In this document: positions 13,223-27,439 of the stretch, piece after piece
Layout: each line of letters starts with the position of its first letter
How positions within the stretch are numbered: the first letter of the stretch is position 1
Position numbers and translations under genes: made by a program
NCBI GenBank assembly: GCA_001244265.2
Contig: CDLV01000009.1
Coordinates: 372,001-436,000 of the forward strand
DNA from: Microbotryum violaceum
Lineage: Eukaryota
Length of the DNA stretch: 64,000 nucleotides
Direction of reading: 5' to 3'
Notes under the pieces: generated by a model
What the model was told of the DNA's origin: nothing
Database searches by the model: none
Seen by the model: only the letters and a program-made list of their open reading frames with translations

Positions 13223-13672
13223 TGATTGGGATAGAATCTAGTCTCAGTATTCTGGGCTGAACCGAGATGTTGTGGGATCTCGTTCAAAAGTGAGAGCAGA
13301 TGAAGAAGGGCAAAGGGCAAAAGAAGGACGTCAGTTGAAAGGAGAGCTTTTTCCCCTTCGTGAATGACGTTGCTGGTCTGCCCGTCTCGGGGCTTCGGCC
13401 GGGCGGTGCCGCAAGAGGATGCGCCAATAATAGCCATTTGAACTAGGGGATGATCGAGCCTGGTCCGAGTCGCGCCTTGTCGCGGCGCGTGCAGACTAGA
13501 AAGACTCCACCAGAGGACCGGGGTATACGTTTGCAACACTGATTCTGCAACTCCAACTCAATTCAGATGTGACTTGGACTAGGTTCGGCCAAAGCAGGAA
13601 GGCCGTCTTGTTCGAAGGCGAACTCTACTCAAACATCCGGGAAAAGTCTGCCTCTCCCTTCATCACTTTCTC

Positions 13673-14975
13673 TCACTTACTCTCGCCCAACTTGCCCTGC
13701 TCCACAATCTCCCCCTTCAATTCTTTGACGACCTCCTGTGCCAACTCCTTGATTCTCTCCAAGTCCTTCGAAATCAAGCTCACATCCACCCCTTTATCAA
13801 ACTTGGGATAACTGCCAACCCTCACGCCTTCCTTCCTCACTCGTTCATGCAAGGACGTCAAGAATGGCGCGATGGAACTTTCGGGCATGGAGGTATGGAT
13901 CAAGAGACGATAAGGCTTCTCCGACGAGGGGGGGAGGTTGATGTAGCGTGATCCTAGGCCCGTGAGGAGACGTTCGAAGAGCATCGGCACGCCGGGGAGT
14001 ATGCAGACTCGTCCAGCGACACGGACCACGGGAACCCAGAGCTCTTTGTCGACGAAGAGAACTTCAACGGACGTTTTGGATGTCGGCACCGGGAATAAGG
14101 CCATGCGGTTGCGAGCGATCTTTTGTTCTGTGGGACAGGGGAGGACAAGGACTCCGGTGAGCACGTGGAGATTACTCCGAGGATGATAACGGCCGGCTCG
14201 TAGATGGCATGCATACCTTCGGTTTGCTCGTCGATGTTGTAGCGGCGCTTGGATAGTGACACCATTCGTGTCTTGGTCTCTTCGTCGTACTGCAGCGTCG
14301 TATCAAAGGCTTTTGCGATCTGGAAGGAGTCCAGCGCTAAGTCTCAGCATCCAGGAACCTGTAGGCCGCTTTATTCAGCGAGCTCACCGATTCATAAGTG
14401 ATATCATCATGCGTCGGCCCGATCCCACCACTGGTGATGACGAGGTCGTAAGCGCTCGACATGCGCCGAACCGCCTCGACGATCTCCTGCTCGTCATCGG
14501 CAATGACCTCGATCTTTTTGAGATCGATCGCGAGGTCGAATAGAAACTTGGCGAGGAAGTTGGAATTGCTGTCTTTGGTTTTACCTGTGGTGGTGGAGAA
14601 AGCGTGAGGTCATTGGTACGTACGTCCGAGGAGGTTCCGACCACCGGTCATCTAGGATGCCGGTATGGGGAATCTCGCATCGAGGATGGCGTCATGGCAG
14701 TACGTACCGTTGAGAACCTCGTCGCCGATGATAAGACATCCCGCCGTCTTGACATAGTCATCCCCACTCTTCTTGGGTGGGACGGGGGAGATGTCGAATC
14801 GGGGCGACGTAGCCGACGAAGCGCTGCCCGAGGAAGCGGCGACCGAGGAAGCGGCGACCGAGGAGGACATATTGGATCGACGAGAGGGGAGAGGGGAAGG
14901 TGGTGCTGCTGCGAAGTGACGCGAGATGGAGGATAGACGGGCGAGGGTGAGAGCGGAAGCACGCCTTGGTAGCAT
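13673..14975 (-). CDS. Molybdopterin-binding (MoCF/CinA-like) domain protein, Fpy1-like FAD diphosphatase
   Basis: TAGCLIIGDEVLNGKTKDSNSNFLA, KKIEVIADDE, VITSGGIGPTHDDI, ILPGVPMLF, VGSYP; N-terminus looks like a mitochondrial presequence. Confidence 0.88.
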
Positions 14976-15193
14976 TCAACGCAGATCGGAATTCCTCGTC
15001 GGTAGTGGTCAGGGGTTAGGGGCTGAAGTCGAGCGCACTACGGTCGATCGAGGCCGTCAGCTCTTCACGGCGCGCGAGAAGCATCGTCACCGGCTGACTG
15101 GCATGGCAGGCCTGCGTTGGCTCGCCGTGGCTTGGATCTGACCACACTCACGCTCGATTTTGACCTCGAGATCCTCCACGGGCAAGGACGACC

Positions 15194-18166
15194 ATGTCGG
15201 CCGCCAAGACATTGCGTGACTTCCAAGTCCAGGCGTTGACCTCTTTACTCTCGCTCAACAACCCATCGACAGCGAGCCAAGCCTCGAGCAGCGCAGGAGG
15301 AGTTGGGGGTGCTGGCGGGGCAGCAGGCGCGGTCGTGGCCGGGTCGGGGGTGGTGCCAACGTGGAAGGTGTTGGTGATGGACAAGGTTGCGCAGGATATC
15401 GTCGCCACCAGTCTGAGGGTACAGGATCTCAGGGAACAGGGCGTGACGCTGCACATGTAGGTTGGGCACACCTTCCGCCACGCGCCGTTCGGTGATAGGT
15501 GCTGGCGGGCGGGCTCGCTCTCACGTGTCGTGTCACCCATGGCCACCGACACCATCCACACCGCACGGCGCGCCCTTTACGGACTCAATTCGACACGAGG
15601 TCAGCTCGTACACGTCAATCCTGGGCCACTGGGGGTGGTGGCTCGATGTTGTCAATGGGTCGTATGTGGAAACCGAGTGCCCAATAGGATCACTGCCTTG
15701 TCGAGTGATTGACACGCGTCCAGTCAACCGGCGCTACCGGACTACGTACAGCAAACCTTGGAGAAACCATGAACTGATCGACTTGTACTCTGTACACAGG
15801 CAACTGCATGCCGAACGACCAGCACTCACGGACGTACCTGCCATCTACTTTGTCGCACCGACGCAGGCCAACATCCGCCGGATCGCGCTCGACCTGCAAA
15901 AGGGACTGTACGCCTCGACCTATGTCAACTTTACTAGTGCACTTTCGCGGCCGCTGTTGGAAGAGTTTGCCGAGACTGTGGCAAGGGATGGAACGGTGGA
16001 GAATGTCGAGCAGGTAGGTTCTGCTAGCGCGACCGAGTGTTACATCCGCTGCGCCGACCTCACCATTCTGTGATTGGTCGCGCAGATCTACGATCAACAC
16101 CTCGATTACCTTGTCCTCTCTCCGAATCTCTTCTCTCTTGCCCCGTCTCTCGCCACCCCCACCTCGGCTTTGGCCTCGCTTGCGGCTCCCATGGTCGACT
16201 CGTCCCTCGAGAGGAGCACGTACGAAAAGCTCAATGACCCGAAAGCGGCGGAAACCGATATCGAAGAGGTCACCGATCGAATTGCGCGAGGTCTTTTCTC
16301 CGTACTCGCCACAATGGGTGCGTAGTCACTCTGTATCTAAAGAACTTCCATGGTACAAGATCGCTCATACATGCGTGATCATTTAGGTCAATTGCCGATC
16401 ATTCGAGCACCGAGGGGAAATGCCGCCGAGATGATTGCACGCAAGTTGGACGCTCGGTTGCGAGATCACGTTGCAGGTGCTCGAGGTGGGAACGCCTTCT
16501 CGGGAGCAACGGGTGCAGGTGAAGGATTTTTCGGGCGGCCACGTGAGTTGCGCGACGGTTCAAAAAAGGTCAGGCTTTGCGCTGTTTGAGCTGATCGTCG
16601 TCTTGTTCGGCCCGCAGTTCTCGTGCTCATGGACCGAAACGTCGACCTCGTTCCCATGCTGTCTCATTCATGGACGTACCAAGCCCTCGTCAACGATGTG
16701 CTAGGCATGCGACTCAACCGCGTCTCGGTCGAAGCACCCGAATCCGGACGACTACAAAAGAAGCTCTACGACCTCGATGCCAAGGACTTTTTCTGGGCCA
16801 AGAACGCCGCCAGTCCTTTCCCTCAGGTCGCGGAGGAGATTGATCTGCAACTGAACAAGTAGGTTGATTCCCGGACCCTGTGTTGGGATTCAGTGGGGAA
16901 GAAGTGACCACTGACAATCTACCCGTGGCGCACGAATCTACAGATACAAAGCCGACACGAGTGACATCACACGATCCACGGGCGTCGGAGATATCAATGA
17001 CCTTTCACAATTGTAGATTGCCTTCTCCTGGCGACACTAGTAATGCACCTTGTGGTCCGCTAACGTAAGGGTTATCGACCGCAGGGACCTCTCCTCCAAC
17101 GCCGCCAACCTTAAAGCCGCCATCACCGCCTTACCCGAGCTCACGGCTCGAAAACACACGCTCGACACACACATGAACATCGCCACAGCTTTGTTGCAGG
17201 GCATTAAGTCGCGAGGCTTGGACACGCTGTTCCAGATGGAGGAGAGCATCACTAAACAGGTAGGCCACGAATCGCGTAGCCCTTGCCCGGTGGTCCTCCT
17301 CGTGCTAATCGGCTTTGACAACCCCTTCCTGACTACAGACAAAAGCCCAGATCCTCGAGGCGATCCGTGATCCGACAAAGGAGAACCCGGAGGACAAGCT
17401 GCGTTTGTTGCTGTGCTTCTACTTTTCGGCGCCGGACAAGGCCGTCACGAAGGACGATTTGGCCGAGTACGAGCGAGCGCTGGCTCAGACGGGCGTAGAT
17501 ATGGGGCCGTGGGAATACGCGAAAAGGTGAGTCACGGTGCCTTGAATCTCTGTGATACAATTCTTTGGAGCTGATAGTCGATTTTTATGCTGCAGATTGC
17601 GCGATGTAATGCGCATGTCCAACCTCGGTGCGACCCCCGCTGCTCCCACGACAATGACCTCCGGCGGTGACCTGATGCGAGGCTTCTCGTCCCTCTCGAA
17701 CCGACTGACCGATCGTCTTCGAGACGGTGGAATCGGTGGCGTTGGACTCGAAAACCTCATCTCGGGCGTAAAGAACTTTCTTCCCGCGAAGAAGGACTTC
17801 CCCGTCACTCGACTTGTCGAAGCGTTGATGGACCCACCTTCGGCTTCGACGCAAGCGTTGCAGGATACGGACGATTACCTCTTGTTCGATCCTCGTGCTG
17901 GGAGAGGGGCCAGACCTGGTGGAGCGTCAGCAGGGAGGGGACGTCAACCTTTCGGCGACGCGATCGTCTTCGTCGTTGGTGGAGGATCGTACGTTGAATA
18001 TACGAACTTGACGGAATATGCGGCACGTTCAGCTCCTCCCGCTCCGGGGGGCGGAGCAATGGACAAGATGGGCGCACCGACAAGGAAGATCACGTACGGC
18101 GCGACCGAAATTGTGAACGCGTCCGAGTTCTTGAAGAGTTTGGGTAATCTTGCTAGAGCCGGGTAG
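15194..18166 (+). CDS. SLY1: Sec1/Munc18 family ER-Golgi trafficking protein Sly1
   Basis: [104 protein letters not shown]. Confidence 0.96.
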
Positions 18167-18418
18167 ACGAAGAGGGGAACAACAGATGTGAAGTGACATG
18201 CCATCATTCTACTAGTCCTCTCGCGGCTGCCATGAAACAGAATCAACCATCAGGTGGTAAACAAGGTTGGCAAATTGCAGTGCAGACGGACGATAAGAGT
18301 AAATATAGCAACAAACAAGAGTAGAGACGGGGGGGAGGGGGGGGGGGTAACATCGGGGGTAACATCACTAGGAGCCAGGAATAGGAGGTATGTGGTAAGG
18401 GTAAGGGCTCGAAACGAT

Positions 18419-21400
18419 TTAGCCAAGGACGGCTCTTGCGAGGAGGTCGACGTTCTCCTCGTAGCCTGTCGGGGAATGGTCCATGAAGACTGAAGGGAGA
18501 TGAATATGCCTGCGGAGGGTCAGCTCTGATCCGGCCGGTCTACTTATAACGAAGATGAGGAGACTTACGCGTTTTGCCAAACACGGGTTCGGCGAACCGT
18601 TTTTCGACGTCGTCGACCGCGCGCAGCAGGATGCGGCGTCCTTCGCGTCGAGCGTATTGGCCTGGCCTTGATTCGGAGGAGATGAAGACAGTGTGGTTCT
18701 CCACCACAAACACATTGCCTGCGTGGGATGATCGAAGACGCGGCTGTCAGTAAAGCGAAGAGAACTAATTGCTCCAGTCGGAAACTCACCGGGCGGATAT
18801 AACTTGTCATTATCATTATCAGCGCGCAACGTGCGCATGACCGACCACAAGTAATCATTGACGACGACATCTTCAGGTTCCTCCGACTCTTGCAACAACG
18901 TCGGATCACAATACGCCGGATCAAGGGCGCGGTTCTTGCCCCTGCCCGCACTGATCTCCGCTTTGGTCAGAGCAACCAAGCGGGCTTCGTCCGAGACGTC
19001 GTGGAGCGAAGGGATCTCTTTCTCCGACCCACCCGGTAAGCCTCGGTAAAGTCGTTCCGACGTCGCGAGTGTGATTTTGCGTTGGTAAATCCCACACACT
19101 CGACCTATGATCTCGCGCGTCGTCCCTGTCCCTCCATCTTCATGCAAGTTCATCGCCATCGTCTTCAAGTCACGCAAGGTACCGAGCGAGAGCGTCGGGA
19201 CTACATCGTTGTTGTGCGTGGTTGAGGTGACCAAACCTTGGCAATAGCGGCCCAAGTCGGGGGAGGCGACGCAAGGGGGGCCAAAGACGTAACAATGGAT
19301 CGGTCGACCGGCGGGAAGACCTGAAGCATACGACGTGACGAAGGGCGTATGGATCGGAGGGTGGCGACCGATGTCGACGGGGCGGCGATTGCGCTCGAAG
19401 ACGTGCGAGGGTGTGGACCACAACAACGAGAGGAGGGATGACACGCCACCACCGAGACTGTGACCATCACGCAATATCTCAGCAGCAGTTTCCAAGACCC
19501 TGAATGTGTAGTGCGGCTCACCTGTGGCCGGTAAGTACCAAGCCGTAAGAAGGATACTGCTCAAGCGCCTCCTTGATCGTCTTGTGCACCAACCCACGCT
19601 GCAATCGCGTCGCAGCGTGCCACATCCCCGCATGTACTTGATACAAGGCCATGGTATCGCCATCGGGAACATGTATCTGCTCATAAGAGCACACAAGATC
19701 GACGAGCACGTCGGACAGGCCGAGCGATCCGCGACAACTGAGCACGATCGCCTTCATCTCGTGATCGACGGCGAGGTAGGTGACGATGGGCGAAATGCGG
19801 TGGTTGTCAAAGATGCCACCACCAGGCGTCGTATACGAGTCGATCAATATATCATCAACAGGGATGCCAACATGGTGCGCAAAGGCATGACTGTTGGCAT
19901 GGCTTTTGGTATTGGGAAACGAAAAGTCGAGACCGCGGGATTTGCCGAGCCCAAGGATGCGCAAGAAGGCTTGCCCGTACGCAGCTGACGAGTATCGCAT
20001 GAAGCGTTGCAGGTTCGCGACGAGGTGTTGGCGAGGAAAATTTGACGCCTTGGGTTCAGGTTCCTCCATCGGCGTCGCTTGCGAGTGCTTGCACGTCGTA
20101 ACGATTGAGACCATCGATTCGGCGCGTCGCAGCTTGGGGACGGGGCCTGAGCTGGTCGAGATTTGAGCCGGCACCTGGGCCCCTGTCAGGTTCAGAGGCT
20201 CGAGAGGGACTTTCGAACCTCTCCGTGAGGTGGTAGCCAGATCCGAGAGCGATGGCCTCCTAGACGACGCAAAGGAAGCAGTAGCAGACCTCGTGTCGTT
20301 GATTTGAGCCAAAGGTGTCTTGCCAGGCATCTTAGGCGGTGTGGACGGCAGTCTCGACACTTGCTCGGTAGACCCGGCAGAGTTCGTCGACTCCCTCGAC
20401 ACCGTTCGGGAGCTCCGACTTGACACGGGCGGCGACGACGAAGAGACGTTCTCGACCGAGGGGTTGCGCTTGAGCGCCTTCCCTAACGCCTTCAATATCC
20501 GACGAGGGCTCTTGCGACTCGCAGCAGAATCAGGCGAACAGGGCTCCTCGATCTCGCTGCTCACCGCAATACGTCTTGGACGAGGTGTGCTCTCACCCGA
20601 CGACAGAGTCGATGTCGAGGTTGTCGTGACCGTCTCGTTGCGATCAACTCGACGAAAGGTACGTTTACGTTGCGTGAACTTGCTCGTCATCGTTCGAAAC
20701 ACGACTTGTAGTTTGGCGTTACGAGAGCCCTCCCCCGAGGGACCGGCCGCGACCGATTCCTCGGGCCCAAAGACATCGTCGGGCTGCTGCTTGGGTGACT
20801 GTTCGCCGACGTCGACCCACTCATCACTCGAGTTACCAGGACTGGGATCTCCCGCGTCGTCCATGGACACATCACCTTCCTCGACGTCCGAAGCCTGCGG
20901 CACGGCGATCTGGAAGATTGAAGACAAGGGTCGTGTACGCGGTGCGGTCCTCTTCGAGAGCGTACGGGTAGAGTACCCGTCCCCTCCCATCGTCGACGCA
21001 GTCGCCCTGACGGTCGTCGTAGTGGTCGTCGTCGTCTCGGTCACTTCAACCTCATAGTGCGACCCCATAGAAGAGGTGACGATCGTCTTGCCCGCGGCGG
21101 AATGCTTCAACTCCTCGAGCGCCGCACTAACCTCAGGCGGCAACCTAACGAGGGCATCGTCTGCATCAACTTGATCTGACCCAAACGCCATCTGATCCTG
21201 ATCGAGACCACACAACTCGTTCAACTCCTCGACGATCTCCGTCTCCTCTTCCCTCTCGTTCCGCTGCACATCGATTTCCTCGTGACCAATAGATTTGGTC
21301 CGACTTCTCATCAACTTCGGACTAGTCGACCCGAGCAGACTACCGTGCGGGTCCCGTCTAAACTCTTGAGCCACGAGCTCGATACTCGAAGCCCTCGATC

Positions 21401-22584
21401 GTCGATGTTCGCGGACGTAGTGATCCTCCAACGCGGGTGCCGAGGAAGGCTCGTCGGCAGACCCTTGCGTTGTCGTAGGAAAGGGAACGCAACCCGTGAT
21501 CATCTCTTCACCTTCGGCAACGACGGTGCAATCGTACACGACGCGCATCTTCATCTGCCTAGCCGTGCGCTTGCTCGTGGCCGCCTGTTCAAACCGGACG
21601 AAACGAAACATGAATACCACAGAAAATAATGTACGCAACAGAAGGATTCACATGTTAGACTCACTTGTAAACACACAAAAGCCGTCAGCGTCCTGGTCAA
21701 CAATGCCAAAGTCGAGATGACCCCATCATCAATAATCTTAAAATTCGGATCCTCCGCCATCTCCGTCCTCACGAGCGCGATGATGGCCGACAAAGCTCGC
21801 GACGTCTCGCCTGAACCAAGAAGGGAATCGAGCATGCGGACTGATTCTTCGGCGGTCGCGAACGCGAGCGATGTGGTTGACATGGTTAGGGAGAGGCCGG
21901 CGAGGGAGAAGAGCTCGGCTAGGGTGAAAGTGTGGTTGATCTGTGCGCGATAGGGGGTGCAAGCTGAGTACGATGACGAGTTGCATAACATTCATCGACG
22001 ATACTGACAACATAAATTCCGAGATTTGTATATCGATCGAGTAGGCCGAGATAGAGACCGAGATCCCGTTGCCCCTGAGCATTCCTGCCATCCCAATCGA
22101 GACCCTTGGCGACATAGTGCAACGTCCTCGCGCTCGCAACAGCACTAATCAGAGCCCTCCTCGCCAATCCCAGGCCCGCCGTGGTCCCCTGTCGAATACT
22201 CTCAAGGATTGCCTCGATGAACAGAGCGGCCGAACGGATCGATACCCTCGAACAGACCGAGATGGCCGAGATGAGATGCGCGAGAGAACTCGGTAGCAAG
22301 GTCGGACCGTGGGCTAGTCGGGCCAAGATTTCAGACTGGATGAGCAACGAAGGCGGGGCATCGAGGGGAAGATTATCCATCGCTGCTGAGACGGATCTTC
22401 TCCGGCTGCCCGTCATGATTGAATTAGGTGGTGAGGAAGAAGATGAGAAAGGACAAGGGCCGAGCGCATTGGCGGCGGTCATGGCGAACGAATCGGTCCG
22501 AGTGCGCGGGGTCGAACGCGGGGTCGAACGCGGGGCCGGATCGCCGGTGGTTGGGTCGGCGCTGCTCAAGCTGCTCGGGAACAT
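18419..22584 (-). CDS. Lipase class 3 (DAG-lipase-like) with long low-complexity N-terminal region
   Basis: RFMRYSSAAYG, AIVLSCRGSLGLSDVLVDL, VHAGM, LVLTGHSLGGGV (after splicing), CYVFGPP, NNDVVP, MDHSP; Ser-Asp-His triad candidates are present. Confidence 0.9.
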
Positions 22585-23737
22585 GACGGAGCTGGAGCCT
22601 TCACGCGCGTGTTCGCGATCGACCGGGGGTGTGAAGCAGATGAATAAGGTGGAGTGAGGTGTGGAGCGTAATCTTTTCAGTCTTGAAAACCCCCGATGCT
22701 GCGCCCCGTGGCGTCAAGTTGTGGACGCGGTCCACGGTTCAGTACGTTCCGTCGTGGCGACGGCGACGGCGGCTCCTCGTGATCCCGTCGCGTCGAAGCG
22801 AAACGGAGCGTCAGGCGTGTGAGGCGAGGCTTGCAAATGTGGCGAGTCGACGACGAAGTGGGCCCTTACCGTGGTTCAATAGGTGACCTAAGACTGGTAA
22901 CGGTGCATGAAGGATGGACCCTTCCACCCCAACGGCGAGGGTCATTCACCAAAAAGTCACACGTCGACCCACAGTCCAGAGGAGTGGCCGACGACGCCTG
23001 TTTCACGCGCCTTCGCTCCACAATCGTCGGCTGCCGAGGCCCGAGCTGGCGAGGAATCTGCTCGAGTGCGATAAGCGCGACGCGGGCAAGACCCAACCGA
23101 TGCACCGAGAGATGAGGACCAGAAAAACGGAGAAATCTCGTCTAGCTTGAATACAAGCAAAATGTGTAGAACGGACGCTCAAAAGAGAGGAAGCACGAAC
23201 TTCCATCGGGTCGATCGAGCGAGCTTTGCAGGCGGCGGGGCCCGGCCAATTCATGCTTCGGGAGGCGCCTGGGACCAGCTCGATCTCGCGACTGCCGCGC
23301 GCCTAGAACATTTATTCATTGCAGATCCAGAACACACACCGTGGGTCAAGCCCGATAGCCATCGAATCCGAGGGAGAGTTCCGACACGTGTTAGGTTGTA
23401 TAGTCGTACTGCTTCCCTCCGATCCTACTTTGTCATGCCCCCGTCACCTTTGACCATCGCCGATCGTGGTGCCAAGCCAGGACTTTTCGCTTCCGACATG
23501 CCCTCCGAGAGGTACTTGGCCCAAGATGATTGTTCATCATGGCATTAACCAAGTATATGAGGTTGAAGCAGTACTTTTTTTTTGAGTTGTAACGAAATTC
23601 GTATGATCCTATCCAGCGCCGACCCAGCGCAGGAATTCCTCACACCGATGCTCGCGAGAGGTCTGTGCTGCGGACATGATGATCCGTACGAGACCGAAAT
23701 GACACGACGTCGCCGCAGTCATCCGCAGAGTTCCCCA

Positions 23738-24811
23738 TCATTGCGTTGCTCGTTCCTTGAGGTCATACCTTTCTTGTACGAGATGGACGATATCGCTCCA
23801 CTCAAACATCGCCCCCAAACCTGATGCACTTCCGCTCCTTCGGATCAGCAACTCAGAAAGCTGCTCGATCGAGAAATCGGATCCGAACTCACCGACGTCA
23901 CCGCATGCCAAAGTCTTTGCTATCGGACCATGGACTGTGTATCTGAGCTCGTCTTTGACGAATCGGAGCTGTCTCACCGTGAGTGGGTGGGAGTACATGT
24001 GGGTGTTCATGGCCGGGAAGAGGAGCACGGGGACGAAAGTGGGAAGGGCTCGGAGGACAGAAGTCTGCGAGAACCGCGAAGTAACCACATTCAGGTATTT
24101 GAGCTTCCAGATGATATGCAAATCATTTGTGTGAGTTTTGGTAACTGACTAGGGTGTTGTCACAAATCCCATGATTTATCTTGGCGAGTGTGTTGGCCGA
24201 GCAAGGAGAGATGAGCACCACATCGGCCCATCTCCGGAGCTGGAGTTGGCGGCGCACAGTCGCAGAACCGGTAAGAGTCAGTACAGAACTCTGTAGGCGT
24301 ACTTCAGTGATCTCTCACCTCTATATGCAGTACCGGGTCGCCCATCTTGGTCCAAGCCTGCGTGCAAAGCCAGTGATTGCCGACGTCGGCGCTGGAAGCA
24401 AGCACGTGACTTTGACCTGAACTGACCTTCCATTCCTCGACATCGGTCCAGACCTTGACGCGACCTGCGTGCTCTCTTTCGAGCGCAGCCTTGTCAAAGA
24501 AGTGCAAAGAAGATGCTGTTGCGACGACTTGCACCTCGACTCGATCGTACTGCACGTGATGCAGCTCGCACAGGATCAGCCTCGTTCGAGCGTGCACCGC
24601 TCAGCTGCGCTGGTGCGCTGACCTTGAGAAGGTCGCCCACGATCAAAGGAGTCTTTATGCTAGCTACACTGCCACTGACGGCCAGGAGGACATGCAAGCT
24701 GCGTTGTGGGTAGTGTCCCGGGTCGTTGTCGGTGTCGCCGCGTGCGCCGAGACCGTAAGGTTGCAGTCGAGCGATCTCGTCCTGCAGCGAGGGGCGGGCA
24801 GTTCTGGTCAT
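23738..24811 (-). CDS. Phosphopantothenoylcysteine decarboxylase (HFCD flavoprotein, Cab3/Hal3 family)
   Basis: HVLLAVSGSVASIK, GDPVLHIELRRWAD, SPCSANTLAKINHGICDN, PAMNTHMYSHP, KTLACGDVGLGAM; both the catalytic His (VLHI) and Cys (LACGD) are present. Confidence 0.93.
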
Positions 24812-25041
24812 GCTGGAGGTGACGAGGTGTGATCGCATGCGAAATGAACCGAAGCGTTGAGTCGGAGAGCGCGCACGAATGGGATCAAGGCGAGTGTGGG
24901 GCACATTAAGTTAGCGAGAAGCCGAAACAGCAGGAAATAGCTGGGCAGAATTTTGAGTCGGGTGTCACGCGCGGTCAGTCGTGTTCGTTGACTCTGCCCA
25001 GCTCACTCCCAGCACCCTACGCGACCTGAGCCCGGTCAGAA

Positions 25042-27439
25042 ATGGGTCAGTCACCTTTGCAGCAAGCAGACCAAGCGTCTGGTCGACTAACACAGCATCA
25101 TGATCCCTCTACAGCGTTCAACTTTGGTGGCTTTGGCGGCAACCTCGGAGGCCAGCCAGGTTCGTACTCGACTCCCGCTCAACATCCGCACCTGCAAGAC
25201 CCTGAACTGACCTCTTCCCTGCGTCCAGCAGCCTCATCCACTCCAGGCTCCACCTCGAGCTCACTGTTTGGCCAGACCTCATCCTCGATTCCAGCATTCG
25301 GCTCGGCCGCACCTGCCGCGAGTGCACCACCCTTCTCGTTCGGTGCACCGGCCGCGACCTCGACACCCGCACCCGGTGCAGCCGCAGCAGCTCCGACCTA
25401 TCTCTTCGGTGGTGGAGCTGCTGCTGGAGGGGGAGGGGGAGGAGGGGTCTTTGGTGGCACCAAGCCTGCCGCAGCCTCAGGAGGAGGTGGCCTCTTTGGC
25501 GGCGCATCCGCGGCCGCCTCCTCGTTCGCTACACCGGCCAAGCCACCTACATTTGGTGCAGCCGGCGGTGGATTCACCTTTGGAGGTGCGGCCAACCCCG
25601 CTCAAGGTAGCACCACTCCCGCCGGCACACCTGCCCCCTTGTCGTTCGGCGCTCCTGCTCCCGCCGCTGCTTCGACGACCCCGGCTTCGGCCCCTACCTT
25701 CTCCTTCGGCGCACCCGCCGCTGCCGCCCCCGCTGCCCCGGCTGGTGGTCTGTTTGGAGGAGCAAAGCGAGAAGGTGATGCTGGAGCGGAGCAAGGAGCC
25801 AAGAAGCACTCCTTTGGTGGATTCGGTGCCTCGGCAGCCCCGGCGGCGGCCACGACGACGACGGCTGCACCAGCTGCCCCTTCGCTGTTTGGTGGTTTTG
25901 GTGCTGCATCGTCTACCGCAACGACGTCTGCGTCTACTCCTGCAGCTTCTTCGACCGCTCCTGCTCCCGCGGGGGGAATGGCGCCCTCTTTCGGAGCAGC
26001 GCCGACATCGACCCCTCTTTCGTTCGGAGCACCCGTTGCCCCGTCTGCCCCATCCTCGGGTGCTGCCACACCTACCGCCCCCGCCACGACCTCAGCACCT
26101 TTGTCCCTCTTTGGTCAACCGGCAGCATCCGCAGCTTCCAGTGCGGCACCCGCGTCGGCGCAACCGGCTGCAGCAGCGGCCCCTTTGAACCTCTTCGGCT
26201 CGGCACCCAAACCCACCGCGACACCTGCTGCGAGTGGGGCCTCAACTTTGTTCGCTGCTCCTGCTGCGGCATCGACGGCACCAGGTCAGTTCCAATTTCT
26301 CAAGATGTGCTTGACTTGCGACTGACGATCATATTGTCTTCATCAACAGCAGCTGCGACGACGAGTGCGCCGACTCTTTCGTTTGAGGCTCCGGCTGCGA
26401 GTACGACACCCGGAGCGACAGGCGCTGCCACTTCCACAGCGCCCACAACCTTATCGTTTGGCGCCAAACCCGCCACTCCAGCCGCGACGCCTCCTGCAAC
26501 CTCCGCCCCAACTCTCTCACTCGCCAAACCCGCCGACGCCTCCTCGGCTCCGACGACTTCGACGGCGAGTGCTCCGGTCCCTTCGATATTGCGCGGCAAG
26601 ACGCTCGATGAGATTGTGAATGGGTGGACGAATGAATTGGAAGAGAGGACCAGGGAATTTGGAGATTTGGCGGGGGAGGTGAGAGAGTGGGATCGCGTGT
26701 TGAGGGAGAATGGAGAGCAGGTGAGAGCGACTTGACTGTGCTTCTGACCCGATGACGGTGCTGATCACTTGTGTGTGCGATGATGCAGATCTCGAACTTG
26801 TACACGTCGATCCTACCTCTCTCACCGCTCCAATCGCAAATAACTACCTCGCTCGACTATGTCGAGTCGCAACAAAAGGATCTCGCGGCCCTCTTGGACT
26901 CCTACGAATCCCAAGTCGGCGAACTCGTCGAACAATCCACCACCGCATCAGGATGGAGAGGCTCGAACGGAGCAGGCGGAGGAGGCCAAGCGGAGAAGGA
27001 ACGTGAACGCGCTTACTCGCTCGCGACGAACCTCTCCAATTCACTCGATACGACTTCGACGTCGTTGACGTCGTTGATCCAGACTCTTAATGCGTTGTCG
27101 CCTTCGACGATGTCGCAGGCTAATCGATTGGGTACGAATAATGGGGAGGAAGACCCTTTGGCGCAGATTGCTGCCATCCTGAACGCGCATTTGGGGTCGT
27201 TGAAATGGATCGAGGGTACGACGGAGGGGTTGAAGAAGAACGTCGCTGAATTGGAAGGTAGGGTGGGCGAAGTTGGGGCTAGGATGGGATCGGGGAGCAA
27301 GAGGGAGCCGAATGGAGCGTCGGTGGCACCGAGTTCATTGCTGAGGAATATGACGCCGAGTCGATTGGCATTGGGGTCGTCGACTGCGACGAGCGCGAGG
27401 GTCGGAAGTCCGTTTGGCGCGTCGAGTGTTAGGAGGTAG
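25042..27439 (+). CDS. NSP1: FG nucleoporin Nsp1/Nup62
   Basis: Long FSFG/GLFG/SLFG repeat region followed by the Nsp1_C coiled coil LRGKTLDEIVNGWTNELE...VREWDRVLRENG...ERERAYSLA...DPLAQIAAILNAHLGSLKWIE. Confidence 0.95.

Noticed and set aside
22700-23590. Possible Pol III ncRNA ending at the T-run near 23574-23583
   Set aside because: No recognisable snRNA, SRP, RNase P/MRP or tRNA motifs; the run can be an A-tract downstream of the minus-strand PPCDC gene.
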